From NCBI GenBank assembly GCA_965204725.1, contig OZ242005.1, forward strand, positions 608,001 through 672,000: a stretch of DNA of 64,000 nucleotides. Direction: 5' to 3'. This document shows, piece by piece, positions 40,199 to 49,703 of this stretch. The notes below the pieces were generated by a model, which made no database searches, was not told the origin of the DNA, and was given only the letters and a program-made list of their open reading frames with translations. Each line of letters starts with the position of its first letter. Within the stretch, counting starts at the first letter, position 1. This DNA is from Candidatus Latescibacterota bacterium (lineage in GTDB: Bacteria; Latescibacterota; UBA2968; UBA8231). Both the position numbers and the translations under genes were made by a program.

Positions 40199-42169
40199 TT
40201 AATACACCGGCAGGCGGTTGCCCACCGCCCCAGAGAAGCCATCAACGATGAGCCAGACGCCGGCCGTGACGATCTGGCCGAGAGCTAGGCCGATAAAGAA
40301 GGGCACGGTCTTGTGGTAGCTCGCCGCGCCCCCGAAGCGAAGCACCAAGGTCTTGACCAGCCAAGCGAGAAAAATCGAGCACCAGATGTGGTCCATGACC
40401 CAGCCCATGCTCGCGGCAAAGCCCAAAGGATGCAGCGGCCACCAAGCCCAGCGGTTGCGCGCCCCAATCAACGCACTCATCAGCAGGGCACCGCCGCCGG
40501 TCCACAGCCAGCCGATGGCGTCCGGGCCGGTGGGATGGAGCAGTTGTTGCGCGGAGAATTTGGACGGCTCGGCCGCAAAGGTGGAAAAGTACTGCGAGTG
40601 GAGGTTGACGGCTCCGTGCGCGTAGGCCAAGCGCAGCGTGTACCAAGTTGACAGCAAAAGGCTGATGAGCATGGCCGCGGCCAAGCCCCAAAGCAACCGC
40701 CGGCGGTCGCCCGCCAATTCGCTGCCCAAGCGCAGACTGTTGGCCAAGGGGGCCGTCATAAAAACGAGCAGGTCGCCCATCCAGACGAAGGTATAGCCCA
40801 GTGCCACCACGCCCGATGACCCCAAGGCCGGTACGCCGACGGCACTGACGGTAAACCCGGCCGGGACCATGCCCGGAGTAATGGTGGGGGTCCCGGCCTC
40901 GGCGACGATGCGCGTCAGCGCGACCAAAAGGCCCAGCGCCACCGCCACCACCAGCGCGGCACTCCACACCGGCAGCCCGCTGTGCCATAACCATCCCACC
41001 ATGCCCGCCGCCCCTACGACCAAGCCGACGACGCAGAAGCGATAGGACGCCATTTCCCCGTCGTCTTGCTCGGGGTGCAAAAGGCGGCGTCCGACCTCGG
41101 CCAGATGGGCGCGGGCCGTCCACAAGCCATAGGCCACGAGCACGGCGCAGGCTCCCATCATCTGATGCCCCATCCCCGCATCGGACCACATCCCCAATTC
41201 GGCGGTGTGGTGCAGGTGCAGGTTGCGGAGCAGGCCCTCTTGCAGGGCGTGGAGCAGATAGAAAATCCAAACGCTAAAGGACAGTTGAACGCCGATGAGG
41301 TACGCGAAGCCGAGCATTAGGAAGTTCACGTCGAGGCGCAGGACGACGCTCTGCCGCAACAACGACAACCGCGTCTCCAGCTCGGGCGCGGGCATGGCCG
41401 GGAAGTAGTGATGCAGGGCCTCTAAACTGCCGAGGACAAAGGGGATGGCCAAGCCCAGCCAGACGAGACGCTGGCGAAAAAAGGGCGCGAGGCGGCTTTC
41501 TCCCGCGCCTTGGATCATGGCCAGCGGCACTTGCGCCAAAGGATAGGCCAGCCGCTCGTGATCGACCCACGGACGCCGCAGGATATTCATCAGGCATATC
41601 GCGGTTAGGTAAAATGCGGCGTAAAACGCCAGCCAGTGCCCCAAAGGGACCAGCCAAGCGTCCCAAGGGATCGGCGCGGTGCGCCCGGCCCCCTCGTAGA
41701 AGGTCTGGATGGCCTCTTTGTCCGTGACGACCATCCAGTCGGCCACGTGGGGATGGATGAGCTCGGCCCACTGGTTTTCTGGGGTGGCGTAGTAGAAGGT
41801 GCCCGTGATCATCGGCAGGAGCATCCCCACCACTCCGCGCGTGGGAATGGCCGTGGCCACCGCCATCATCGCAAAGATCGTCACCAACTCGCCGCGGCCA
41901 AACGCCCATTCCCGCCGCACAGCTCCCAGCACCACCTGCGCGCTCGCCAGCAGCACGAATAACAAGAAAAACGCGGCCGGCGTTGCCGACGAAAGCCCCA
42001 GCCGCGACCCTTGCACCACCATGCTCCCGTAGGGCACACCAACGGCGATGAGGGCCGCCAAGAGGCCGCCGGTGAGCAGGGCGCGGTCGGTGGCCCCCCG
42101 ACCCGCGGTCCGGTCGCGACGCCCTACGCGCTGGCGATAGACTGCCGGTACTTGTCGGAGCAAGACCAA
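40199..42169 (-). CDS. DUF6785/DUF6784-like multi-TM protein (putative transporter)
   Basis: YYATPENQW, FYEG, W..HERLAYPL, RIVAEAG, WWPLHPLGF, LRFGG..Y..PFFIGL; start approximate. Confidence 0.8.
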   Translation of the reverse strand: MVLLRQVPAVYRQRVGRRDRTAGRGATDRALLTGGLLAALIAVGVPYGSMVVQGSRLGLSSATPAAFFLLFVLLASAQVVLGAVRREWAFGRGELVTIFAMMAVATAIPTRGVVGMLLPMITGTFYYATPENQWAELIHPHVADWMVVTDKEAIQTFYEGAGRTAPIPWDAWLVPLGHWLAFYAAFYLTAICLMNILRRPWVDHERLAYPLAQVPLAMIQGAGESRLAPFFRQRLVWLGLAIPFVLGSLEALHHYFPAMPAPELETRLSLLRQSVVLRLDVNFLMLGFAYLIGVQLSFSVWIFYLLHALQEGLLRNLHLHHTAELGMWSDAGMGHQMMGACAVLVAYGLWTARAHLAEVGRRLLHPEQDDGEMASYRFCVVGLVVGAAGMVGWLWHSGLPVWSAALVVAVALGLLVALTRIVAEAGTPTITPGMVPAGFTVSAVGVPALGSSGVVALGYTFVWMGDLLVFMTAPLANSLRLGSELAGDRRRLLWGLAAAMLISLLLSTWYTLRLAYAHGAVNLHSQYFSTFAAEPSKFSAQQLLHPTGPDAIGWLWTGGGALLMSALIGARNRWAWWPLHPLGFAASMGWVMDHIWCSIFLAWLVKTLVLRFGGAASYHKTVPFFIGLALGQIVTAGVWLIVDGFSGAVGNRLPVY

Positions 42170-42195
42170 GCCTCCCCGAGGACGCCGCTTGGCAG

Positions 42196-42282
42196 GTCGA
42201 GCGGATGATACAAGGCGGCCTGCACGGCGGGGGACGCCACAACGACGAGTTGGGAGAGGGAGCTTGCGCCTGTTGAGAGCAT
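42196..42282 (-). pseudogene. Diverged duplicate of the first 29 codons of soxG
   Basis: MLSTGASSLSQLVVVASPAVQAALYHPLD aligns without gaps to [29 protein letters not shown]. Confidence 0.75.
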
Positions 42283-42423
42283 CGCTGATCTTCTATTTGC
42301 GAGGGGGCAAGCGGGCGATAGGGGTAGGGACATAGCGACTGCTATACTATGGCAAATTTCGCCGGGAGGCAAATTTCGTGGTAGCATTTGAGATGGGGAG
42401 ATGATAAGGCGGGTGTTCATAAC

Positions 42424-45012
42424 ATGAGTGAAGAACTTTTGCAAACTTCGGGTATCTTTATCGGGCGATATACGTATCACCGCCTTGGGGCCTCTACGTT
42501 ATCGCAGCTAAAAAGAGCGGGAATCGTCTCTGGTTCGATTCCGAACCGCATCAAAAACAAAAGGCCCGATGGGTTGATTACGCTCGGTAGAGGCACCGTA
42601 AAAGCGTGTATTGAATATAAGACTCCTGCTGAGCTATCTACCGAGTCCCAGATCAAAAAAGCAATTTTACAAGAGATAGAAGTAGCAAGGCATTTTTGTA
42701 ACCTGCTGATCGTCACAGATGGGAGCAAAACCTGCTGGGTCAACCCACATACGGGAAATCGAGTAACATCTGCTGCACTGCCAGTATTCAACGCTAAGGC
42801 ACTTATCGACCAAGCCGTTTCAGCCGAACAATTACAGCACCTAGAACAAACAATCGACCAAGCCGATCATTCGCTGTCTCCTACCAACGACGAGTTGAGC
42901 AGCCCGAAGCTGATTGATCCCTCACAACTCGCCCATACGATTTGGCAAAAAATCTGGATCAACACGGGCAAAGAACCGGAAAAATGCCTGTACAACGTGG
43001 TCGAGCTATTTGTTTTTAAGTTTCTTTCCGACCTCTCCGTACTTGAACCGCACAACAATTTTGCCCACGTGTACGAGCTAAGCAAGTCGTCTAGCCCAAG
43101 CGCGGCACTGACGAACTATGCCCAAATAAGTCGACCCGCTATTCGCGATCTATTCCCAGAGGGGACGGACGGGACTACGATCATAAACGGTACGATTTTC
43201 GTCAATGAGCGAGGCAAACCCAATTTATCTCAAGCGAGGCTGTTTTGCGAAGTTTTAGGCGACCTGCAAGGCTTTGATCAGGAATACGGGTCCTTCAAAT
43301 ACATTCAGCGGCAATTCAAAATGAGGCTCTACGAATCGTTTCTCCGCCAAGGGGCAGGCTTGCGTCATTTGGGCCAATACTTCACGCCGCGAAACGTCGT
43401 GCAAGCTATCGTAAAAATGTCAACAGCTAATTCGCTAGCGCCCGGTGCCTCTTTGTGCGACCCTTTTTGTGGCGTAGGGGGCTTCTTGTTGGAGGCCATC
43501 CTTGAAAGCCCTCGGTTGATGGCGCAATTCAGACCGCACAATGGAGTCATAAACCCGCAAGTATCGGTTGTCGGATACGATAAGGGAAGCGACGAGCAAG
43601 AAGACGAGCGGACCATTGTTCTAGCAAAAGCCAATGCCATTATTTATTTTTCCGATCTTATCGCGGCCTATAACTCCCCTGATTTTATCGGCGAGTTTGC
43701 CAAAAAAGTCGTCAACCCGATGTTTAAGCTGCTACGGGACAACCTCGGCACATTTGCCGTCCCTGACGATGCCAAGCACGATCTCATTCTCACCAATCCG
43801 CCGTATGTTACGAGCGGCTCCAGTAGCTTAAAAAATGCCCTAGAGGATGCCGGTATCGCCGACGAATATGCCGTTGCTGGTCGCGGCACAGAGGCCCTTG
43901 CCTTACAGTGGATCATTAAGAGTTTGAAGCCGGGCGGAGCGGCGTTTGTCATTGTACCGGATGGATTGCTGAATCAAGAAAACATCTTAAATTACACAAA
44001 ACAAAAGTGTCTGATTCGCGCCGTGGTGTCTCTGCCGATTCGCACCTTCTATTCAACTCCCAAGAAAACATATATTTTAGTGCTTGAAAACAAGGGCGAC
44101 GAACGCGCTGAACAGACTACTCCTGTTTTTACGTATTTAGTATCGGAAATCGGAGAGTCGCGTGATGCAAATCGTTGGGAACTCGACAAAAACGATCTGA
44201 TCGAAATGGTAGATTCATTTAATCAATTCAAAGGTTCCCCTGATGCGTTCACTTCTTCATGCCGGCGCTGCAAAATCATCCCGTGGAACGATTTTGCAAC
44301 CCATCGGCATTGGATGGTAGATCGCTATTGGCGAGCGGATGAATTGGAGCAACTAGGGGCAACTCATACACGGGAAGAATTAGACATAGAACAGTTTAAT
44401 CGCCTACTCGCGCAGTCGGGAGAAACCCCGATAGATTACTTGGATGTAAACGCACAATTCAAGGAGGTACTGCTCGGCGATCGGGATTTGTTCACCTTGC
44501 AGATCGGCAAACGAGTGCTCAAGAAAAATTGTGTAGAACAAGGCATTCCTTGTATCAGTGCAAACGTGCGCGATGTTTTTGGCTACATTGAGAGTTCAGA
44601 CCTGTTGACTGAATTTGACATCCCATCGCTTACTTGGGGCTTAGATGGAAACTTTGCTTGGCACCTGATCCCCGCTTGTTTTCCATTCCATCCGACGGAC
44701 CATTGCGGGGTATTGCGAATAGTCGATAACAACATTGATCCAGAGTATTTATACTATGCACTGCACACGACGCGCGATCGGCATGGGTTTGACCGAACAT
44801 ACCGTGCCAACCTAGACAACATAACACGTGTATCAGTGGATATTCCAATATGCGAGGACGGTACATTCGACCTTGCAGCGCAAAAGAAAATAGCAGCAAA
44901 ACATCGCGAAATCGAAGAAAAGCGAGCACATGCCATACAGCTCTTGCAGCAGATCGCGGATGCTCGTATTGCAGATGTAGTCAGGCAAGATGAACGCGAG
45001 CCAGCCGACTAG
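42424..45012 (+). CDS. Fused restriction-modification protein (Type IIG/IIB-like: nuclease + N6-adenine MTase + TRD)
   Basis: RPDG..IEYK, GQYFTPR, DPFCGVGGFL, TNPPY, IVPDG; C-terminal HsdS-like TRD; lower GC; opposite strand to its neighbours. Confidence 0.85.
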   Translation: MSEELLQTSGIFIGRYTYHRLGASTLSQLKRAGIVSGSIPNRIKNKRPDGLITLGRGTVKACIEYKTPAELSTESQIKKAILQEIEVARHFCNLLIVTDGSKTCWVNPHTGNRVTSAALPVFNAKALIDQAVSAEQLQHLEQTIDQADHSLSPTNDELSSPKLIDPSQLAHTIWQKIWINTGKEPEKCLYNVVELFVFKFLSDLSVLEPHNNFAHVYELSKSSSPSAALTNYAQISRPAIRDLFPEGTDGTTIINGTIFVNERGKPNLSQARLFCEVLGDLQGFDQEYGSFKYIQRQFKMRLYESFLRQGAGLRHLGQYFTPRNVVQAIVKMSTANSLAPGASLCDPFCGVGGFLLEAILESPRLMAQFRPHNGVINPQVSVVGYDKGSDEQEDERTIVLAKANAIIYFSDLIAAYNSPDFIGEFAKKVVNPMFKLLRDNLGTFAVPDDAKHDLILTNPPYVTSGSSSLKNALEDAGIADEYAVAGRGTEALALQWIIKSLKPGGAAFVIVPDGLLNQENILNYTKQKCLIRAVVSLPIRTFYSTPKKTYILVLENKGDERAEQTTPVFTYLVSEIGESRDANRWELDKNDLIEMVDSFNQFKGSPDAFTSSCRRCKIIPWNDFATHRHWMVDRYWRADELEQLGATHTREELDIEQFNRLLAQSGETPIDYLDVNAQFKEVLLGDRDLFTLQIGKRVLKKNCVEQGIPCISANVRDVFGYIESSDLLTEFDIPSLTWGLDGNFAWHLIPACFPFHPTDHCGVLRIVDNNIDPEYLYYALHTTRDRHGFDRTYRANLDNITRVSVDIPICEDGTFDLAAQKKIAAKHREIEEKRAHAIQLLQQIADARIADVVRQDEREPAD

Positions 45013-45021
45013 AATCGAGAA

Positions 45022-47898
45022 TCAATTCTTCTGCCGCTCATCCCTTGGATCGTAAAAGGGCAGCGCGGCCACCTCCGCCTCGCTCGTCGAACCATCGTCT
45101 AGGCGCACTTCCACTGGAGTACCGGGCGCGACCATGTCCGCTTCGACAAAGGCCAAGCCGAGCGGATACCCCAGCGTCGAGACCGGGGCAATGCTGGTCA
45201 TGCGACCGGCGATCCAACCCTTCCGCACGATCAAGTTGCACTCCTCGGGCAGCTTGCCGGCAAAATTAGTCGGCCACCGCACGCCGACCAGCGCGCGCCG
45301 CACGGGACGCGCCGCGTAGATTTGCAGGCTGCGCTGGCCGACGAAGAAGCGCTTGTTTTTGCCAATGGTCCACGCCAAGCCCGCCTCTTGCGGATGCGTC
45401 AGCGCGTCTGTGTCGTGGCCGACGATCAAGTGCCCCTTTTCCAAGCGCAACAGGCGCTGCGCCTCCACCCCAAAGGGACGCGCACCGGCCGCCGCCAGTG
45501 CCTGCCACACGTGTTCCCCTTCCCAAGCCGGCACGTGGATCTCGTATCCCAGTTCGCCGACAAAACCCACCCGCATCACCAGCGCCCGAACCCCGGCCAC
45601 CGCGCCCTCGCGCACCCTTAGATAGGAGAAAGGCCCGGACCTCAGATCGAGGTCTGTCAACGCCGCCAGCGCGGCACGGCTTGTTGGACCCGCCAGATTG
45701 AACGCCGCGAGCTGACCCGTGGCATTGCTCAAGGTCGCGTCCAAGCCCCAAATTGCGGCCCAGCGCAGCATCTCGCGGTAAAAGGCCGCCGCGCCGCTGC
45801 TGGTCGTAGTGACGTAGAAGCGGTCCTCGGCCAGCCGCGCAATCACCCCGTCCTCAACCACGACCCCACTCTCGTCGAGTGCCACGCCGTAGCGGCAGCG
45901 GCCAATCGGCAGCTTTTTGAAGCGGCCAGTATAAAGGCGCTCGATCAGCTCTCCAGCGTCCGGGCCGCTGATCTGCAACTTGCCCAGCGTACTCACGTCG
46001 ATCATCCCCAAACCAGCCCGCACGTGCCGCGCCTCCTGCACGATGCACTCGTCGCGGCCCGCCGTGCCGCAGCGATAGTATTCGGGTCGATACCAGTCGC
46101 CGGCGTGGGCAAAGACCGCGCCGTGTGCGCGATGCCAATTGTGGATCGGCGTCCGGCGCGTCGGGTGGAAGCGCCGACCCGCCAAATGTCCCAGCGGCAC
46201 CGGCTGGTAGAAGGGACGGGCGGTCGTCGAACCGGTCGCGGCGATGGAGTCGCCGTTGAGTTTGGCCAAGACCCGCAGCGCGTTCATGTTGGACAGCTTG
46301 CCTTGGCTCGGCCCCATCCCCACGGTGCTGTAGCGCTTGAGCAGTTCGACGCTGTCGAAGCCTTCTTGATGGGCATCAACGAAATCTGCTAGGTGCAAAT
46401 CCTCGTCGAAATCCACGAAGTTCTTTTTGCTCGGATGGGCGAAAATGGGATAGCGGTGGCTGGAGGCTTCTGACGCTGGCGGCGGCGGCGCGGGCAGCGC
46501 GGCCGGGCCGTGACCCGCGTGGTGTGCGGCCCTAAGCCCGGCGGCCCGCCCGTCTTCCCGCTGCGCCGCTAGGTCATGCACCCCGCGAACGCGCCCGGCG
46601 ACAAAGACCCCGTCGGGACATGACTGGGGCACGAGCTGGTCCAGCGCCTCGTCGTACGCGAATTGCACCCCCGCTTGGCTGGGCAGCGCGGCGTTGGGCA
46701 TCCAGCCGACCGACGCGGTTAGGCCGTCACAGGCAATCTCCGTCCCGCGCTGGGCGTCTAGGGTGCCGTCGGCCGCTAGCGGGGCCACTACGACGCCGCG
46801 CAAGCCATTCTTAGGCCGATTGGGCACCGCCGTATAGACCGCGTGGCCGCGGTAGATCGGCACCCCGGCGGCGGCGACTTTTTCCGCTAAGCCCACCGGC
46901 GTCGCGTCGGGACGCAAATCGGCAATAGCCGCCACCTCCACGCCCGCGCCGAGCATGTCCAGCACCATCCTATACGCATCGCTGTTGGCCGCGAGCACCA
47001 CCATGTGGTCGCAGGGTTTGACCGCGTACAACTTGACCAACCGCTGGGCGGCCGACCCGAGCAGCACACCCGGCAGGTCGTTGTGCCCAAAGACGGCCGG
47101 TTGCTCGATCTCGCCGTTGGCATAGACGACGGCCGCAGCCCGCACCTTGGTCATCCGCACGGCGTCGAACAAAGCAACCCATCCGTCGGCATAGTGCCCG
47201 CCAGCCATCGTCCCACAGCGGACCTCGACCGTGGGCAGGTCCGCGAGCACCGCGACCAACTCGTCGCAGTTCCCGCCGTGCTGCCACGCCCAACTCCCCC
47301 CCAACCGCGCCTGTTCCTCGACCAGCAAAACGCGGGCCCCCGCCTCGCCTGCGGCCCGTGCCGCCTCCAGCCCGGCCGCGCCCCCACCCACGACCAGCAC
47401 ATCGCACCAAGCGCATTCCTTGGGGCTGGCAGTCGGCGGCAGCGCGCCGTTGAACTGGCCCAAGCCCGCGATCTGGCGGATGATCCGCTCGTGAAAGGGA
47501 AAAAGCCACCGGGGACGGTGAAATGCCTTGTAGTAAAAACCCACTGGCATAAAGCGGCCCAACCGCTCCAGCCACTGGAGCAGGTCGCGTTTCAGCCCGC
47601 CTAGGGTGTTGACGGCCCGCAGGTTCATGCCCGAGACCAACGGCTCGCTATCGCCGCGCAGATGCGTGCGCTCGCCGTCTGTAAACAGCGCGTTGGCATC
47701 GTGCCCGGCCAAGCTGTACGCCCCGCGCGGCCGGTGGTACTTGAAGCTGCGTCCCATCATCTGTACGCCATGGGCCAGCAGCGCACTGGCCACACAATCG
47801 CCGACAAAGCCGCTAAACGCCTTGTCTTCAAAGCGAAATTCAATGGGCTGCGTCCGGTCGATCCACTCCCCGGGCTGGGCGGGCAGGCGGCGCTTCAC
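45022..47898 (-). CDS. soxA: Sarcosine oxidase alpha / N-methylglutamate dehydrogenase subunit C
   Basis: RSFKYHRPRG, GFYYK, VGGGAAG, ELLKRYSTVGMGPSQGK, GcvT-like DVSTLGK, LRLEKG; GTG start overlaps the soxD stop. Confidence 0.92.
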   Translation of the reverse strand: MKRRLPAQPGEWIDRTQPIEFRFEDKAFSGFVGDCVASALLAHGVQMMGRSFKYHRPRGAYSLAGHDANALFTDGERTHLRGDSEPLVSGMNLRAVNTLGGLKRDLLQWLERLGRFMPVGFYYKAFHRPRWLFPFHERIIRQIAGLGQFNGALPPTASPKECAWCDVLVVGGGAAGLEAARAAGEAGARVLLVEEQARLGGSWAWQHGGNCDELVAVLADLPTVEVRCGTMAGGHYADGWVALFDAVRMTKVRAAAVVYANGEIEQPAVFGHNDLPGVLLGSAAQRLVKLYAVKPCDHMVVLAANSDAYRMVLDMLGAGVEVAAIADLRPDATPVGLAEKVAAAGVPIYRGHAVYTAVPNRPKNGLRGVVVAPLAADGTLDAQRGTEIACDGLTASVGWMPNAALPSQAGVQFAYDEALDQLVPQSCPDGVFVAGRVRGVHDLAAQREDGRAAGLRAAHHAGHGPAALPAPPPPASEASSHRYPIFAHPSKKNFVDFDEDLHLADFVDAHQEGFDSVELLKRYSTVGMGPSQGKLSNMNALRVLAKLNGDSIAATGSTTARPFYQPVPLGHLAGRRFHPTRRTPIHNWHRAHGAVFAHAGDWYRPEYYRCGTAGRDECIVQEARHVRAGLGMIDVSTLGKLQISGPDAGELIERLYTGRFKKLPIGRCRYGVALDESGVVVEDGVIARLAEDRFYVTTTSSGAAAFYREMLRWAAIWGLDATLSNATGQLAAFNLAGPTSRAALAALTDLDLRSGPFSYLRVREGAVAGVRALVMRVGFVGELGYEIHVPAWEGEHVWQALAAAGARPFGVEAQRLLRLEKGHLIVGHDTDALTHPQEAGLAWTIGKNKRFFVGQRSLQIYAARPVRRALVGVRWPTNFAGKLPEECNLIVRKGWIAGRMTSIAPVSTLGYPLGLAFVEADMVAPGTPVEVRLDDGSTSEAEVAALPFYDPRDERQKN

Positions 47899-48158
47899 GC
47901 GGGATCCTCCTCGCCCCACAAATAGGTGCGGACGATCTGGTCGCGGGCCGTGTCGCGCTCGGCGATAAACCAAGTGCTGCTGGCGCGGTGGAACCACCAC
48001 TCGCGCTGGATGCCCGGCTCGCCACTGCGATTGAATACGTAGTCGGCCCACGTAGCGTCGCTAACTTGCTTGGGATCGGGCATGGGGCGCACCGCGCCGC
48101 CGAAGACAAATTCCTCCAGCGGCCTCGGGCCGTTGATCGGGCAGGTGAGGATTTTCAC
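47895..48158 (-). CDS. soxD: Sarcosine oxidase delta / MgdB
   Basis: CP..GPR...EF.FGG, W.DYVF, EWW.H, ERDT. Confidence 0.92.
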   Translation of the reverse strand: MKILTCPINGPRPLEEFVFGGAVRPMPDPKQVSDATWADYVFNRSGEPGIQREWWFHRASSTWFIAERDTARDQIVRTYLWGEEDPA

Positions 48159-48176
48159 GACTGCCCCCTTGCGCGG

Positions 48177-49421
48177 CTAGTGACCAACGGACGCCGCTCC
48201 CTTCTCCCCGACCAGCGTAAACGCGCCAAAGCGCGACAGGTTAAAGGCGCGGATGAGCGGGTGAGCCTCGTCGTGGGCCAGCGTGTGGGCCAAGGTGTAG
48301 CCGCAGACCGGCGTGGCCTTAAAACCCCAAGTGCCCCAACCCGCGTCGATGTAAAAGCCGGCAATCGGCGTCGTGCCCATGATCGGGGAAAAGTCTGGGG
48401 TCATGTCGCACAGGCCGGCCCACTGACGCAGCACCTTGACATCGGCCAAGCCGGGAAAGAGGTCGAGCAGATGCCCGGCCAACCCCTCGGCAAAGTCGAG
48501 GGTCGAGCGCATGGACGTTAGCTCGTAGGGGTCCAAAGAGGCCCCGGCCACCAATTCGCCGCGCGAGGATTGGCTGACGTACGTGTGCAGGCTGGCCGAT
48601 ACGACAATCGCGTCGAGCCACGGCTTGAACGGTTCGGTGACAAACGCTTGGAGCGGATGCACCACCAGCGGCGAGCGCAAGCCGACCATCCGCTGTATTT
48701 GCGGCGTCCAGCCGGCCACGGCGCTGAGCACCTTGCGGGTCTGGATAAAACCGCGGTCCGTGTAAACGCCAGCGATCCGGCCATCCTCTACCTCAATGTC
48801 GGTGACGCGGGTCTGCTGGTGGATTTCAACGCCTTGGCGGTCGGCACCGCGTGCATAGGCCCACGCTACGGCGTCGTGGCGAGCAATGGCCCCGGGCGGG
48901 TGGTAGAGCGCACCGACGATGGGCGGCTGGTGCCCGCCGCAGCTTAGGTCGATTGCGGGAATGGTTTTCTTGACGAACTCCGGGCCGACGACCTCGGAGT
49001 TAATGCCGAGGTGCTTGTTGACCTCGGCGCGCCAGCGCTGGGTGCGCAGCGCGGCCTGCGTGTGCGCCAAGGTGAAGTGGCCGCGCTCGGAGTAGAACAG
49101 GTTGTAGTCGAGTTGCCGCGACAAATCGCGGTAGAGCTCCACGCTGAATTGGTAAAAGCGCGCCCCTTCTTCCGTCAGGTAATTCGAGCGGATGATGGCC
49201 GTGTTGCGGCCGGTGCCGCCGTGGCCGATGTAGCGCTGCTCCAAGACAGCCACATCGCAAATGCCGTGCTCTTGGGCCAGATAGTGCGCCGCAGCCAGCC
49301 CGTGCCCGCCGCCGCCGATGATGACCACCTCGTACCGGTCGCGTAGCCGCTCGGGCGAGCGGTACATGCGCGGCTTAGGCTTCGTTTGCGAGAAGCCGTA
49401 TTTGAGCAACCGATAGGGCAT
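48177..49421 (-). CDS. soxB: Sarcosine oxidase beta / MgdA
   Basis: IIGGGGHGLA.A.YLA, GRNTAIIRSNY, RHDAVAW.YA, GWGTWGFKA, EKGAASVGH. Confidence 0.93.
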   Translation of the reverse strand: MPYRLLKYGFSQTKPKPRMYRSPERLRDRYEVVIIGGGGHGLAAAHYLAQEHGICDVAVLEQRYIGHGGTGRNTAIIRSNYLTEEGARFYQFSVELYRDLSRQLDYNLFYSERGHFTLAHTQAALRTQRWRAEVNKHLGINSEVVGPEFVKKTIPAIDLSCGGHQPPIVGALYHPPGAIARHDAVAWAYARGADRQGVEIHQQTRVTDIEVEDGRIAGVYTDRGFIQTRKVLSAVAGWTPQIQRMVGLRSPLVVHPLQAFVTEPFKPWLDAIVVSASLHTYVSQSSRGELVAGASLDPYELTSMRSTLDFAEGLAGHLLDLFPGLADVKVLRQWAGLCDMTPDFSPIMGTTPIAGFYIDAGWGTWGFKATPVCGYTLAHTLAHDEAHPLIRAFNLSRFGAFTLVGEKGAASVGH

Positions 49422-49448
49422 GGACCGTCTTCCCAAAAAGCAAGCGGT

Positions 49449-49631
49449 TTAAGGCAGTGAGCGTCCCAAGTCTTCATAGAGTTCAACAACCGCAGCAAAA
49501 GCATCTTGGGCGTTTTCCAAAGCGTGGGGTATCGAATCTCCTTCTGAGATCAACTCAGGCAACAAAGGGGACGTCACCGTGTACCCCCCTTCGGGTTGCG
49601 ACGTTAAAACAAGGGGCACTTTGTAATTCAT
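49449..49631 (-). CDS. HicB/UPF0150 family antitoxin, solo
   Basis: EGGYTVTSPLLPELISEGDS...AL.NA.DA; likely start MNYKVPL. Confidence 0.85.
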   Translation of the reverse strand: MNYKVPLVLTSQPEGGYTVTSPLLPELISEGDSIPHALENAQDAFAAVVELYEDLGRSLP

Positions 49632-49703
49632 CGGAATCCCTCCGTGTATTCGCCGGACCAAAATGTCAGAACATCGCTCAGCAAAGTAAGTAGGGACATG
49701 GCC

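Noticed and set aside
47899-48051. Extended soxA N-terminus
   Set aside because: Overlaps soxD; the GTGA coupling at 47895-47898 gives the real start
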